A stretch of 64,000 bases of DNA, from contig CP110440.1 in assembly GCA_026914245.1 (NCBI GenBank), positions 1,550,001 to 1,614,000 on the forward strand. Reading direction: 5' to 3'. Below, piece by piece: positions 1-11,846 of the stretch (positions within the stretch are counted from its first letter, which is position 1; each line of letters begins with the position of its first letter). Below the pieces are notes generated by a model, which had not been told where the DNA came from, ran no database searches, and saw only the letters and a program-made list of their open reading frames with translations. Both the position numbers and the translations under genes were made by a program. This DNA comes from Puccinia triticina (lineage: Eukaryota).

Positions 1-471
1 CCCGGTGCTCTCTCGGTCCTTCACAAACTGTCACATTCTTGGACTGATACAATTGTCTCGGAACAATTTGATGGCAAGCTTAACTGAGCCTCTCGACAAG
101 CGTCTCCGAAAGAGGCTTGCGGGTAAAGTCGGAGGTGGCCTGAGAAGATTGAGGTTTTCTTGATATTTTGTTGCTTTTTTACTTCAACATCATGAAGCAC
201 CCTCAACATCTGAAAGGAGTTTACCTTCAGGTTCTTGCCTATCTTTTTTTTCAAAAAACTATCAACATAAGTGGAGGACTTCCTATGGGGATTTAGAGAG
301 CTCTAGATGCCTCTCTAAATCCTAAATTAACCCAACTGTCAGTGTAAGGTTTTCACCAGGCTTTCACCCTTACCCAAACTGAATGCACTAGAAACAGATG
401 TACTCATGTTTATACATAGTAGAGTTTACTCATATCGTTTCCTTTCTTCCCAAAGCTGGGCTACAGTTTGA

Positions 472-716
472 CGCTGCAAGAAAAACTCTAGAAAATGCTA
501 GCAGTTGAGATGCAGAAGCTCAAAGGAAGCTTGATGTGATACTCAAGCCTTTCTCAAAGGTTATTTCAACCAAGGTCAAATGCACAGTCACTGTGCACAC
601 TGCACAGTAACTGTGCATGAAAGGGCATGATGTAATTATGTGGAGTTAAAATGGCAGTGACACTGGAGTATGCTGCCTGTCAACTGCTGGCAGTTTCTAG
701 AGTTTTTCTTTTAGTG
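472..716. mobile_element. Degenerate MITE with CACTA-like ends
   Basis: Imperfect ~37-bp TIRs (cgctgcaagaaaaactctagaaaatgctagcagttga vs revcomp cactaaaagaaaaactctagaaactgccagcagttga). Flanks tga/taa are a 2/3 match. Central palindromes tgcacagtcactgtgca and tgcacagtaactgtgca. Confidence 0.5.
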
Positions 717-1469
717 TAAGCTTCCCCTTTTCCCTGCTTATAACAACACATACTGAAATATCATTCTTTTATATAGAATTCCGGCCTTTGGCCCTAGGCC
801 ACCAAACCTGATGCACTATCCCACAGGATGGACCTTACCCACATACTTGGTGAAAAGCTAACATTAAAACTTTTAAAACGGAGCAACAACACGGAACAGA
901 CATTTGCAGAAGTGGGGTAGTTCAAAACCTGGTTTGAAGACAATTCAATTGATTTGGAACAAGCGGAGTACTGGTTTGAGGTTGATGAGCTTGGGATTTG
1001 AGTGGAAGAGGCGGAGGAGGAGGAGGAGGGTTTGGCCATTTTGGATGTGGAAATCATTTCCAAGATCAAGTAAATGACTCTGCTTGACCCTTAACTGACC
1101 AAATGGCTTTGTTTTTTGAATACACTGGCAGGAAAAAACGGCGGATACTAAGGATGCCATAATCAGACAGGCCAGGCCGGGCAAAATAACCTGAATTTGG
1201 TGTCCAACCCAAACCTGTGTCTGCCTCATTGCAGACACGGGCTTCTCAGTGGCGCCCGGCCAGGCTAGTCGGTTAGCCCATGTACAGGCCACCCAAGATG
1301 GCCCATGGGCCAAGGTCAATGAAGTGAAAATAGGCAAGATCTTTGAATTTCTGGGCTTTAGCAAACATCTAGGACTCATTTTTGGACAGTGGAAAAGAGT
1401 GTTTGCCTTCTTGAATTGTCAATATCTAGCTTGTTGTCATCCACATTTGTACTATCTGGTATCTGCTTA

Positions 1470-2766
1470 GGGTCAGTCTAAATGCACCCCAAAAATTTAC
1501 TTCATGTACACCAACATTTTGGTGTACCCACATGTGCACCCCAATATTACTGTTGTGCACTTCTGGAGTACCACAATTTATTGGTGCGCAGACCTGCTTA
1601 CCCCAAAAACATTGGGGTGCAGGTGTTAAAACCCCCAGACTGCTTCAATTTTTGGGGTGAAATCTATTGTACACCAAATGAAATGGTGTACATAAGTAGC
1701 GCACCCCATCAAGGCAAGTTACTCCCCCACCCACCCGCCTGGCTTGTTAGACCTGCACACAGCTGTCATCAAGGGGAGTAGCACCCCTCAATGACCAACA
1801 CAGACCGGTCATCAAGGGTGCTACTCCCATCAATGACCCGCACAATTGTTCATTGAGGGGAGTAGCACCTCCCCTCAATGACCAATACAGACCGGTCATC
1901 AAGGGTGCTACTCCCCTCAATGACCAGCACAATCGTTCATCAAGGGGAGTAGCACCTCCCCTCAATGGCCGGCACAGATTGGTCATTGAGGGGAGGAATC
2001 AATGACCAATCTGTGCCAGCCATCGAGGGGAGGGAGTGTAGCACCCCCCTTGATTACTGGTCTGTGTTGGTCATTGAGGGGAGGTGCTACTCCCGTCAAT
2101 GACCAATTGTGTTGGTCATCCAGAGGAATAGCACCTCACATCAATGACCGGCACAGATTGGTCATCAATTCCTCCCCTCAATGACCAATCTGTGCCGGCC
2201 ATCGTGGGGAGGTGCTACTCCCCTTGATGACCAATCTGTGCCGGTCATTGATGGGAAGTGCTATTCCTCTCAAGGACCAATCTGTGCCGGTCATCAAGGA
2301 GAGTAGAACCGCCCTCAATGACTGGTCTGTGATGGCCATTGAGGGGAGGTGCTACTCCCCTCAATGAACAATTGTGCTGGTAATCAAGGGGAGTAGCACC
2401 CTTGATGACCGGTGTTGGTCATTGTGTGATGATCATTGAGGTTTGCCACTCCCCTCAATGACTGATGTGTAGTCAGGCGGGTGGGTTCTGGGGTGTTGAG
2501 TTGCTCACCCCTTTCACAGGGTGAAATATTGGAGTACTGGGGGTTTGCACCCCAGTATGATGGGGTGTTGTGGCTGTGTACACCATAGATTTCACCGGCT
2601 TTGGGGTACCCTGTGGCTCACCCCAAATTACATTGGGTATGAGGTGCTGTACCCCATCTTCACAGGGGTGCGCAAAAGTACACCCCAAGTGGTTTGAGGT
2701 ACATTTCAGCAGTACCCCTTTTTGGTGTACATGAAGTAAATGTTTGGGGTGCATTTAGGCTGACCC
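1470..2766. mobile_element. Non-autonomous Mutator-like (MULE) element nested in the hAT-like element
   Basis: ~45-bp TIR gggtcagtctaaatgcaccccaaaaatttacttcatgtacacca (2 mismatches). Perfect 9-bp TSD atctgctta (1461-1469 and 2767-2775). G...C termini. Confidence 0.85.
1760..2465. repeat. Internal array of short quasi-palindromic units in both orientations
   Basis: Recurrent tcatcaaggggagtagcacc(t)cccctcaatga and its reverse complement, with short caatctgtgccgg/cacaatt linkers. Confidence 0.85.
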
Positions 2767-3029
2767 ATCTGCTTACCCCTGGATAGGATAGCCAAGGCCT
2801 GCAGGTGCCCACTGGGCATCCCATGGCCACCCACACTGTTTACTGACTTTAATGGGCCAGGCCAATATTAAAATAATCTACAAAAGTGGTGTCCGTGTCT
2901 GGCCCAAACCTGCCCGGGTTTGGGTGGCCTCCTGGACACCTGGCCCAATTGGCATCCTTAGCAGATACAAAGAGGTGGACAGAATCTTGTACAGCAAGGG
3001 ACAGATTATAAGGGTGTGCAGTTATCCAG

Positions 3030-3330
3030 ATGAAAATCTGTCTGCAACTGACTGTAAAAAGCTTTAGAGTTGTATCTTTGTGTTTCTTGATAGTCCTCCT
3101 AACATATATTCATTTTATTCACATATTGGCTCACCGGCTACTTTTTGTTATGGTCTCAGTAGGGGAGGAAGGTCTGTTTGGCGGTTCTTCTGGCAAAGTA
3201 TGTTTATTGCTAGATGAGGAGAGTTTGTGGATCTCTCCTCTGCTTCTCCTTAAGAGGGAGAGCTGTGACATGCGCTAACTACAACATGTCCCCTGCTTGG
3301 CCTAGGTGTGGCATGTGTGCAGCTCATGCC
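3030..3330 (-). repeat. Possible reverse-oriented Gypsy LTR fragment
   Basis: Reverse complement of 3260-3330 (catgagctgcacac...gacatg...catgtcac) resembles the start of the Gypsy B LTR at 15346. Boundaries are uncertain. Confidence 0.3.
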
Positions 3331-3656
3331 AATTCTTCATCATTAAATCTAGGCCAAAACTTCAGTTATCCGTAACTATTTGCTTGGATAACTAATTTCA
3401 GGTTTCTTTCAGGGATAATTTTTTACAGAGGTAAAGCCTATGTCTCCAAAGTTGAAAAAATGATTCATTATAAACACATAAAGCTTTGTTTTATTTGAAT
3501 TGCCAATAAACAAAGATATAGGCCACCAAAATATAACTTACAGATAAAATTAATGGATAAATTGAAAACATAACTTCCCACCCTTGTTTGGTGTCAGCAT
3601 ACACAGCCTTGGGGAAGTAAGTTATGAAAAGCCAACATGACACCAAAACAGCCAGC

Positions 3657-3999
3657 CAGAAACGGTGAAACGGTACGGTACATGTATTGGTATTTATTAG
3701 TATTGGTTTTTCTTTGGGTCCAATACACTGTATTGGTATTGGATCAAGTCACCAAACCAATACAATCCATGGTATCTCATTGCCAATACATTCTGATACA
3801 ATACAAGTGTATTGCTGGGAGGGGCCATTGGATTGAGCGCCAATTGCCCAGAAAAGGTGTTGTTTTTTTAGACACAATACCACCGTATCATGTCTTTTTT
3901 TCAATACAATACATGGTATTGAATTATGATGTATCAAAAAACCAATACTATACGTAGTATTGGCCAATACCAGTCCCGTATTGTAATGTTTCACCATTG
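3657..3999. mobile_element. Degenerate MITE rich in tattgg/ccaata motifs
   Basis: Near-terminal inverted acggtgaaac / gtttcaccat. Flanks cagccagc / cagccaac are a possible 7-8-bp TSD. Confidence 0.4.
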
Positions 4000-4372
4000 C
4001 AGCCAACCAGTCCAATCCCACGCACTTGCCCTTTGAAAGAAAAGGTGACTCAATGTCAAGGATGAGGCAAGAGAAGGTCTGAAGAAGTCAAGAGCACAAG
4101 ATGCGCAGGGAATCAGAACAAAAGATCAGAAGTCTCAAAGAGCAGGTCTGTCTGATCTAGGCCTGGAACTGAGTAAGGGTGTTTTTCATGAGGGAGAAGA
4201 AGAAATGCAGCTATGGCAAGGGGCCTGGTTAGCTATGGAACTCTCTGGAAAGGAAAAGAAAAACAACAGAAATAAGACCTCTACTGGGCATGGAGGAATT
4301 CTAACACCCTTGTCCAGCAAAGCTTTTTGTGGGAAAGACAGAAATAATTTGTCAATCAGTATGTAGAAGGAT

Positions 4373-5431
4373 CAACACCGCAACAGCTACGCTACGCGAA
4401 GCGTCAGCGTAGCAAATATCAGGTCAGCTTTGCTACGCTGCAAGAAGCGGCCATCCCGCTTCACTTTTCTGTTCAGGAATGGGGGGAGGTAACCCAGATG
4501 ATAATAGCGCACTATTTTTAGCGGAAAATACGCTGCACGCTTTCAACGGCTATTTAGCGGCTTTGTGCCGCTGAAAAGCAAAACCATAGCGCTAGTGCGC
4601 TTTTTGCTATAAAATTGTTGGCTGCAGTGGGATCAACAACTCATGTATTCATATTGTGTATGTTGCAGGGGAAGGAGTATGTACTAATTCTCATTTCTTT
4701 TGTTCAGATTTGAACTTAGGATTTTCAGCAGCCGCATCCAAAAATGCTTGGAAATCTTGAAAGTCACCTGCAGCATTGACACCATTACAGATCCAGAGGT
4801 GCAAACTGATGCACCTTTCAATTGTTCAATGGGCAAGAGAGCTCCTGGCTGACATGCAGATGTCCAAGGCTGCCAAGAAAGTTTGCTTGACACAAGCAGA
4901 GCTACTTGCACAAGCAAGTTAGTCCCTTGCGAGGGATGATATCAGGGTTTGAGATGACTGGAATGTTGTCTGGAGTTGAATCACAGTTTGTGGCTGCCAT
5001 TTTATGGATTCTATGGAAAAGTATGATTCTAGAAGCTGGAGCTACAAAGAGGTCAGGGCCCATTCTGGGCACCAATAAAGGTTTGTGCAACTTATGCACA
5101 ATCACGCATAGATTGGTGAGACTGCGCCGCACACCCATGATGCGCTTTTCAGACGCTGATAGTGGTATAGCGGAATTTCCCCACTAACAGCGGAGAATAG
5201 CGCATTGGTGTGCTACTGCGCTAAAGATTTTCTATTTTGTAGCAATAGCACAAAAAAATTGCTCCGCTACATGGAGTTTCAATTTATCATAGCGTGAATG
5301 TCGCTACGCTACCACTAATAGTAGAGACAACACCTCTACACTTTTGCTATCCGTCTATGGGAATAGCGGGGCATTGCTATGCTACGCTATAATGACGCTT
5401 TTTGTAGCTTAGCGTAGCTGTTGCGGTGTTG
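4373..5431. mobile_element. Non-autonomous TIR element with CAACA...TGTTG ends and 7-bp TSD (P-element-like)
   Basis: Perfect 22-bp TIR caacaccgcaacagctacgcta. TSD gaaggat (4366-4372, 5432-5438). Removing the element and one TSD restores the integrase frame V-N-Q-Y-V-E-G-C-N. Confidence 0.85.
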
Positions 5432-6779
5432 GAAGGATGTAACTCTTTCCAGCGGTTCAAATCATCCATGCAAAGAAAATTAGGAAACCTGGAGCCTTTG
5501 CTGATTCCAATGGGACCATGGAAAGAAATCAGCTATGATTTGATCACTGATCTCCCTGTTGACATCTTTTGACTGCCTGAAAAAGATGGAACATTTAATC
5601 CCCTGCAGGAAGTCCATGAATGCAGAGCAACTGGCGGAATTGATGGCAGCACATGCTTGGAAACTTATTGGCACCCCAAGACTATTGTCTCTGACTGTGG
5701 AAGCATGTTAATTTCCCACATCACCAACAAATTGGACAACTGCTTAGGAATATGACTCCACCCCTCAACATTGTACCACTCCAGAAACAATGGAAAGTCA
5801 GAAGTTTCAAACAACGCAGAGTAGAAGTACCTCTGCCAATTTGTGTCCTACCAACAGGAAAATTGGTAACCAATTCTTGCAAAGGCGGAGTTTGCATACA
5901 ACAAAAACAACCACCCTTGAACCAGAGTATCCCCATTCAAGACAAATTACTGGTTAAATGTTGTATAGCAAAATTCCTTTGATGAAGCAGTGTGTATCAG
6001 CAGTTGTGGAGAAACTCCAACAGCTTGAAGAGGTACAGGTGGAGCTCAAACACCATCTTGAAGCGGCGAAGGAGGCAATGAAAAGCCAATTCAACAGGAA
6101 CATGAGGTACACACTGGAATGGAACATTGGTAACAAATTTTGGATGGAAAGACACAATATTTTAACATCCTGCCCCACCGCAAGCTGGAACACCAGTGGC
6201 TAGGACCATTTGCAATAGCTAGCATAATTTCCACATCCACTTACAAAGTGACCCTTCTGCTCTCCATGCAGGGATTACACCCATTTTTCCATGTCTTGGT
6301 ACTTTGAAAACACATATGAAATCACAGAGTAGCACCAGCCGACCCCAGATCAGGTCACAGTAGAAAGCAGAGACAAGGGGAAAGTGGATGTCATTCTGGA
6401 TTGTTTTCAAAGAGGGTGGAACCTTTGACACCTTTTAAGTTGGAACAGATTTGGACTGGCAGAGAACTCATGGGAACCAGAGGTGAACCTGAAGAACTGC
6501 GGAAACCTATTTGCCAAGTTCAACACAAAATTTCCAGAGGCAGTGGCCAGGCATTGGTGGATGCAGAGAATAAAGTGAGAGGGTAAGATTTTTCCCATGG
6601 TGTTTTTTGATGCTACCTGGGGACAGAATGCAGAGCCAAAATAGGATGAATTTCTTTTTAATTTTGATTTCTCATTGATGAAAGAAGACAAGTGGCTTGG
6701 GCATGAAAGGGAGGATAATTTTTGAGCTGTAGGGAGGGCTCTCATGTACATAGCTAGCACATACATTCCATGTACTGCA

Positions 6780-7583
6780 TGTGAGAATTCCAGTCTAGGC
6801 AAGCGGCGTCGAAATCATAAATTGAGTGAGACGTTGGGAGCTACCCCAGCTGCGGAACTTGGTAAGCAAATGAAAACCATTTCCGCAGTCCAAAGTCTGC
6901 AAAGTGATGTCGTGAAACTAAAATCATCTTATTGATGTAAGCAGATCCAACATCCGCCAGCAAGATCAGGCACGTGGAAAATCCCGGCCAAAAACCGCTA
7001 GTCAAAAGAATCTCAGCCAGCGCCCAAGGTAAGCGGCTGAGTCTCTAAGATGAAGTAAGATAGATAGAAGCTAACACACTATTGTGTTTGTTCCTAAACA
7101 AAATAATCAAAGACAACCAGACCGTCCGCACCGATACCTCCCAAAGAGTTGGAAAACATATTGGTAAGTGTGTCGTGTTATAAAGCTAAGCGCAAACCAA
7201 AGGCGGCAGCTGATGAAACTATGTCTTGACGCAGATAACGTTTCTCAACTGCTTTGCCGTTTTGCCGATGCCAAGTGAGGGATAACTCAGGTCAAAAGAC
7301 CATACCAAGTAAGAACAAAAACTTAGAGAGAAACTAAAGAGAGGAATCAAACTGGGAGAAAATGCTAACATCACGATCTCACCCTCTGTCTTGCAGATCC
7401 AAAATTGGATTGTTTTCTTTTCTTACAATCTATCTTAACCAGTAGAGAGCGGCTCTATTCCTGCTCTTAGTTATATTTCTTTATTTCTCATTTTTAGTTT
7501 ATTTCATAGAATATTGTACATACTCAAGTTCTAGTTACACAGTCTGATTAAAATAAACACTCTTAGTTCTTTGGAGTTTTTCA
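6780..7583 (+). repeat. Copia 5' LTR
   Basis: tgtgagaattcc...ggagtttttca, highly similar to 14520-15302 apart from an internal inversion. Confidence 0.95.
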
Positions 7584-7595
7584 GATTTACAGTCT
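7584..7595 (+). other. Primer-binding site complementary to the tRNA-Tyr(GUA) anticodon arm
   Basis: gatttacagtct directly abuts the LTR. Its reverse complement AGA-CUGUAAA-UC has the form of a tRNA-Tyr anticodon stem-loop. Confidence 0.7.
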
Positions 7596-8999
7596 CAAGC
7601 TTTGAACACAACCTTAGAACACAAAGAACAGGAGCAGGAATACATCATGGCCAACTATGAGAGTGACTCTAGCTATTTTTCAATTGGTGGAAAGCCCACA
7701 ATGAAAGTTCCAAAGTTCACCCGAGAGAACTTCGAAATCTGGGAGAAAAAGATCAGAATGGTTCTAGCTGAATTTGATCTGGAGAACTTCATCAATAACC
7801 CACCGCTGCCGGACATGTCTCAAAGATCCAGAGAAAAAGCCCAGAAAGCCGCCAACCTTCTGTGCGCAAATCTTACGGACAGAGTTTTTAACACAATAGT
7901 CAAGAAGGACAACTCAAAAAATCCTTACAAGTTGTGGCAAATGTTCAAATCCGTCTATGCGTCTGACTCAATCCCCGCAAGCTATGAAGTATGGGCAAGA
8001 TGGGAAGACACCCAGTTTAACAAAGACATGGCGGCGTATATTGGCGGCATTGAAGAGTGCCTGGCAAAGTTTGACTCCCTTGGCATGATAGTTCCCGATT
8101 TTGTGATATGCTGCAGCATAATCAGTAGGATCACAAAGAAATGGCCCTTTTTGGGGATCTGAACTTGCTCATGCTGGGTAAGCCAAAGCACGTAATCAAT
8201 TGCCTGCAAGAGGTTGGCCGTTTTGAACAAACCAACAAAAGGAAAGCAACAGAAGCACCATTAGCAAGCGCAACTTCTACAGCTCTGATTGCTGACGTTG
8301 GTCTGAAGAAAAGTCGCCTCTATACACCCATCACTTGTCCTGGCAAGAAGCATAATCTGGAGGCGAATCACACCAAAGAGAATTGCTGGACGTTGCATCC
8401 CAAGAAGTACCAAGAACATCTTGAAAAGCAAAAAGAGGGCAAGGAGCAAGTAAAGAGGAAGGGATTGTTTCATCACACAACCGTGGAAAAACCTACCGAG
8501 TCCACGTCCTCTGAAAACATACGCCCTTTGTTCAGTTATCTTTCATCTGTGAATGGATCGGGATCTCAAACCACTATTCTTGACTCCGGGGCAAGTAATC
8601 ACATGCTCACATCACTTGGCTACTTCAAGCAAACCAGTCGAGTCTCAATCAACATCGTAACAGGTAGCGGCTCTGGCGAACTGGTTGCTGCAGCTTGAGG
8701 AGACACAACGCTCCCGCTGGGAAACGGTGGTTGTCTAACGTTGCGCAATGCACTCTATGTACCACACCTAACAAGAAACCTGGTCTCTTTAGTGCAGCTT
8801 ATGAAGTCAAAAGTGCTTATTCAACTAGGGACGGAAGGCTTTGCGGTGAAAATTGATGATGGACAAGCATTTGGGGTGGATACTAGTAACGACCTACTTG
8901 AAATTAAGGGAGTACTAAATCCTTGCAATCTTGCAACAAGCTTGATTACAACTACAGCGCAGGCCACATCGGACTTTGTCAAATGGCATAACCAACTTG

Positions 9000-10887
9000 C
9001 ACCAGGAAAAAAAAGTAGTCAGTTGATGACAACTGACATAACACAGCTCTGGTTTCAGCTCCAAAGCTACTCCATCTGCTAGTTCAGGGCTGGCTGGCAC
9101 ACAGCTCAGTGCCCATTTTGGCACAGCTGAAGCCTCTAGCTTGCAATTTTCACAAGCTGCTCCTCAGCTTTGTCCCAGGCAAAGCTGCTCCTCAGCTTTG
9201 TCCCAGGCAAAGCTGCTGCTCAGCCTTGGCCCAGGCCCAGCTGCCCCTCAGTCTTGGCACAGGACAAGCCACTGCTCAGCCTTTGCCTGAGCAAGAACGG
9301 GTGTTGATGAACACACACCCGTCCCCCGGAGGCAAGCCCTCGCCCACGCCCTTTGAAAAGGGCGTGTGGGACCGCACACCCTTGATAAAGGGCGAAAGGG
9401 CATGCACACCCCTGTATGGGCGTGCGAGGGCGTGCACGCCCCCACATGGGCGTTCACAGGCGTGCACCATGGCTCGTCGGGAGCTCCTCGGCGGGCAGAT
9501 GCAAGTATACCTGCTCGCCGAGAGCCCCTCGGCGGGCAGTTACAGATACCACCTCGCCGAGAGCCTCTCGGAGAGCAGGTATACATGCACCTGCTCGCCG
9601 AGAGCCTTGCCTGCTCGCCGAGAAGGATAACTCTCGGCGAGCAGGTATACAAACACCTACCCGCCGAGCCTGCTCACCGAGAGCCCCTCGGCGGGCAGGT
9701 GCATGTATACCTGCTCGCGCAGAGAAATCCTCGGCGAGCAGGCATACAGATCCCACCTCGCCGAGAGCCTCTCGGCGAGCAGGTATACATACACCTGCCC
9801 ACCGAGCCTGCTCACCGAGAGCCCCTCGGCGGGCAGGTGCATTTATACCTGCTCGCCGAGAGAAATCCTCGGCGAGCAGGCATACATATCCCACCTCGCC
9901 AAGAGCCTCTCGGCGAGCAGGTATACTTGCACCTGCCCGCGGAGAGGCTCTTGGTGAGCAGGCTCGGCGGGCAGGTGCATGTATACCTGCTCGCCGAGAG
10001 AAATCCTCGGCGAGCAGGCATACATATCCCCGCTCGCCGAGAGCCTTGCCTGCTCGCCGAGAAGGATAACTCTCGGCGAGCAGGTATACAAACACCTGCC
10101 CGCCGAGCCTGCTCGCCAAGAGCCCCTCGGCGGGCAGGTTCAAGTATACCTTCTCGCCAAGAGCCCCTCGGCGGGCAGGTTCAACTATACCTGCTCGCCG
10201 AGAGGCTCTTGGCGAGGTGGGATATGTATGCCTGCTTGCCGAGGATTTATCTCGGCGAGCAGGTATAAATGCACCTGCCCGCCGAGGGGCTCTCGGTGAG
10301 CAGGCTTGGTGGGCAGGTGTATGTATACCTGCTCGCCGAGAGGAGGTGGGATCTGTATGCCTGCTCGCCGAGGATTTCTCTCGGCGAGCAGGTATAGATG
10401 CACCTGCCCGCCGAGGGGCTCTCGGTGAGCAGGCTCGGCGGGCAGGTGTTTGTATACCTGCTCGCCGAGAGTTGTCCTTGTCGGTGAGCAGGGATACATA
10501 CACCATACCCGCCGAGGGGCTCTCGGCGAGCAGGTATATGTACTTGCGCCTGCCCACCGAGGGGCTCTCGGCGAGCAGGCACGGTGCACGCTTGTGCACG
10601 CCTATGTGGGGGCGTGCACGCCCTTGATAAAGGGTGCGCGGTCCCACACGCCCTGTTCAAAGGGCGTGGTCGTGGGCGTGCCCCCGGAGGACAGGTGTGC
10701 ATTTATCAATGCCTGTTCTTGCTCAGGCAAAGGCTGAGCAGTGGCTTGTCCTGTGCCAAGACTGGAGGCAGCTGTGCCTGGGACAAAGCTGAGGATCAGC
10801 TCGTGAAAATTGCACTAGAGGCTGGATAGCCAGCTGGAGCAGGTGTCATGTCAGTTGTCATCTAGTGACTACTGATTTTTCCTGGTG
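9000..10887. mobile_element. Non-autonomous foldback CACC-ended (CACTA/CMC-like) element
   Basis: TIR caccaggaaaaa..agtagtca...gatgacaactgacat.acac at both ends. 3-bp TSD ttg (8997-8999, 10888-10890). Removal restores WHNQLGHAS. Long subterminal inverted repeats (~9130-9480 vs ~10580-10830). Confidence 0.9.
9480..10580. repeat. GC-rich array of short palindromic units
   Basis: Dozens of cctgctcgccgag / ctcggcgagcagg / ctcggcgggcagg units, with orientation switching near 10190. Confidence 0.9.
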
Positions 10888-11846
10888 TTGGACATGCCAG
10901 CGCGGCAAGAATATTGGTGGCGGTTCCGAAAAATCTTAACCTTACAAAGACGCACGCATGTGACGCCTGCATGTTAGGAAAAATCACAAGACAGCCCTGC
11001 AAGAGTCACTTCAAGTTGATATCTGGACCTTTGGAAGTTGTACATGGGGAACTTGTGGGACCAATCTCGCCTTCAACAAATGGCGGCGCGCGTTACTTCT
11101 TGACGCTGGTAGATCAATTTACCAGGTACATTCATACTACCATCTTGAAAGAGAAGAGCCAAGCGGCGGACGCAGTCAAGAACTTTAGGACCCTGTTCGA
11201 GAAGCAAACCGGCGCGACGATGAAGAAGCTAATTACAGATGGCAGAGGTGAAGTCTGCAACAATCTCCTGAGCGAACTGCTGAGAGAGGCTGGAATTCAA
11301 CACAATGTCTTGCCGCCGTACACACCGCAAAACAATGGATAGGCGGAAAGGGCAAACAGGACTATAATTGAGATGACAAGGTGCATGATCCTACAGTCAA
11401 ACCTGGCCCCGGAGTGGTGGGCAGAAGCGGTTAAGACAGCAACAGCAACCACCAACTGCTTACCATCCCTGTTGAAAAGCAAGAAGTCACCGGTGTAACT
11501 GCTCTTCAAGATCTCTCCAAACATGAATTTCTTCAGGCCGTTTGGTTGTTGAGTGTGGATTGTGAAACCAAAGCAACACCAGACGGAGAAATTCGGGCCA
11601 ATCTCCTGGGAAGGCATCTTGATTGGGTATGAAAACAATTACTTGTCGTACAAAGTCTGTTGACTCGAGGACAAGCAAATCTTGACAGTCAAACATGCAC
11701 ATTTTGATGAGAAAACATTTCCGGAGTGTGCAGCACTGAGAAGGAGCGTCAACTTTTCAGATGGAGAAAAACTGCCGTTGTTCAACTCTGATGCCGACAT
11801 GCCCTATCAAACTGAGGAGGAGATCGACAAGAATGTCAGCGCAGTG

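Larger units (their letters stand above)
1149..2960. mobile_element. Non-autonomous hAT-like element
   Basis: Perfect 11-bp TIR taaggatgcca/tggcatcctta. 8-bp TSD gcggatac (1141-1148) / gcagatac (2961-2968), 7/8 match. Gypsy pol homology resumes after it. Confidence 0.75.
760..6779 (+). mobile_element. Old degenerate Ty3/Gypsy (chromovirus) relic A, interrupted by several DNA elements
   Basis: Pieces translate to pol segments homologous to Gypsy B: TKPDALS (~801), YWFEVD (~969), ILYSKGQI (~2984), FVNQYVEGC and LEPLLIP (4348-5510), chromodomain-like ENSWEPEVNLKNC (~6462). A purine tract aaagggaggataa (~6705) precedes the LTR. Many stops and frameshifts. Confidence 0.75.

Noticed and set aside
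9480..10580. CRISPR-like appearance of the repeat arrays (also 1760-2465)
   Set aside because: Linkers are short and repetitive rather than unique spacers, units flip orientation, there are no cas genes, the context is eukaryotic, and both arrays lie inside TIR elements.
9248..10737. Long overlapping ORFs (up to 397 aa) on both strands
   Set aside because: Artefacts of a GC-rich, stop-poor repeat array.
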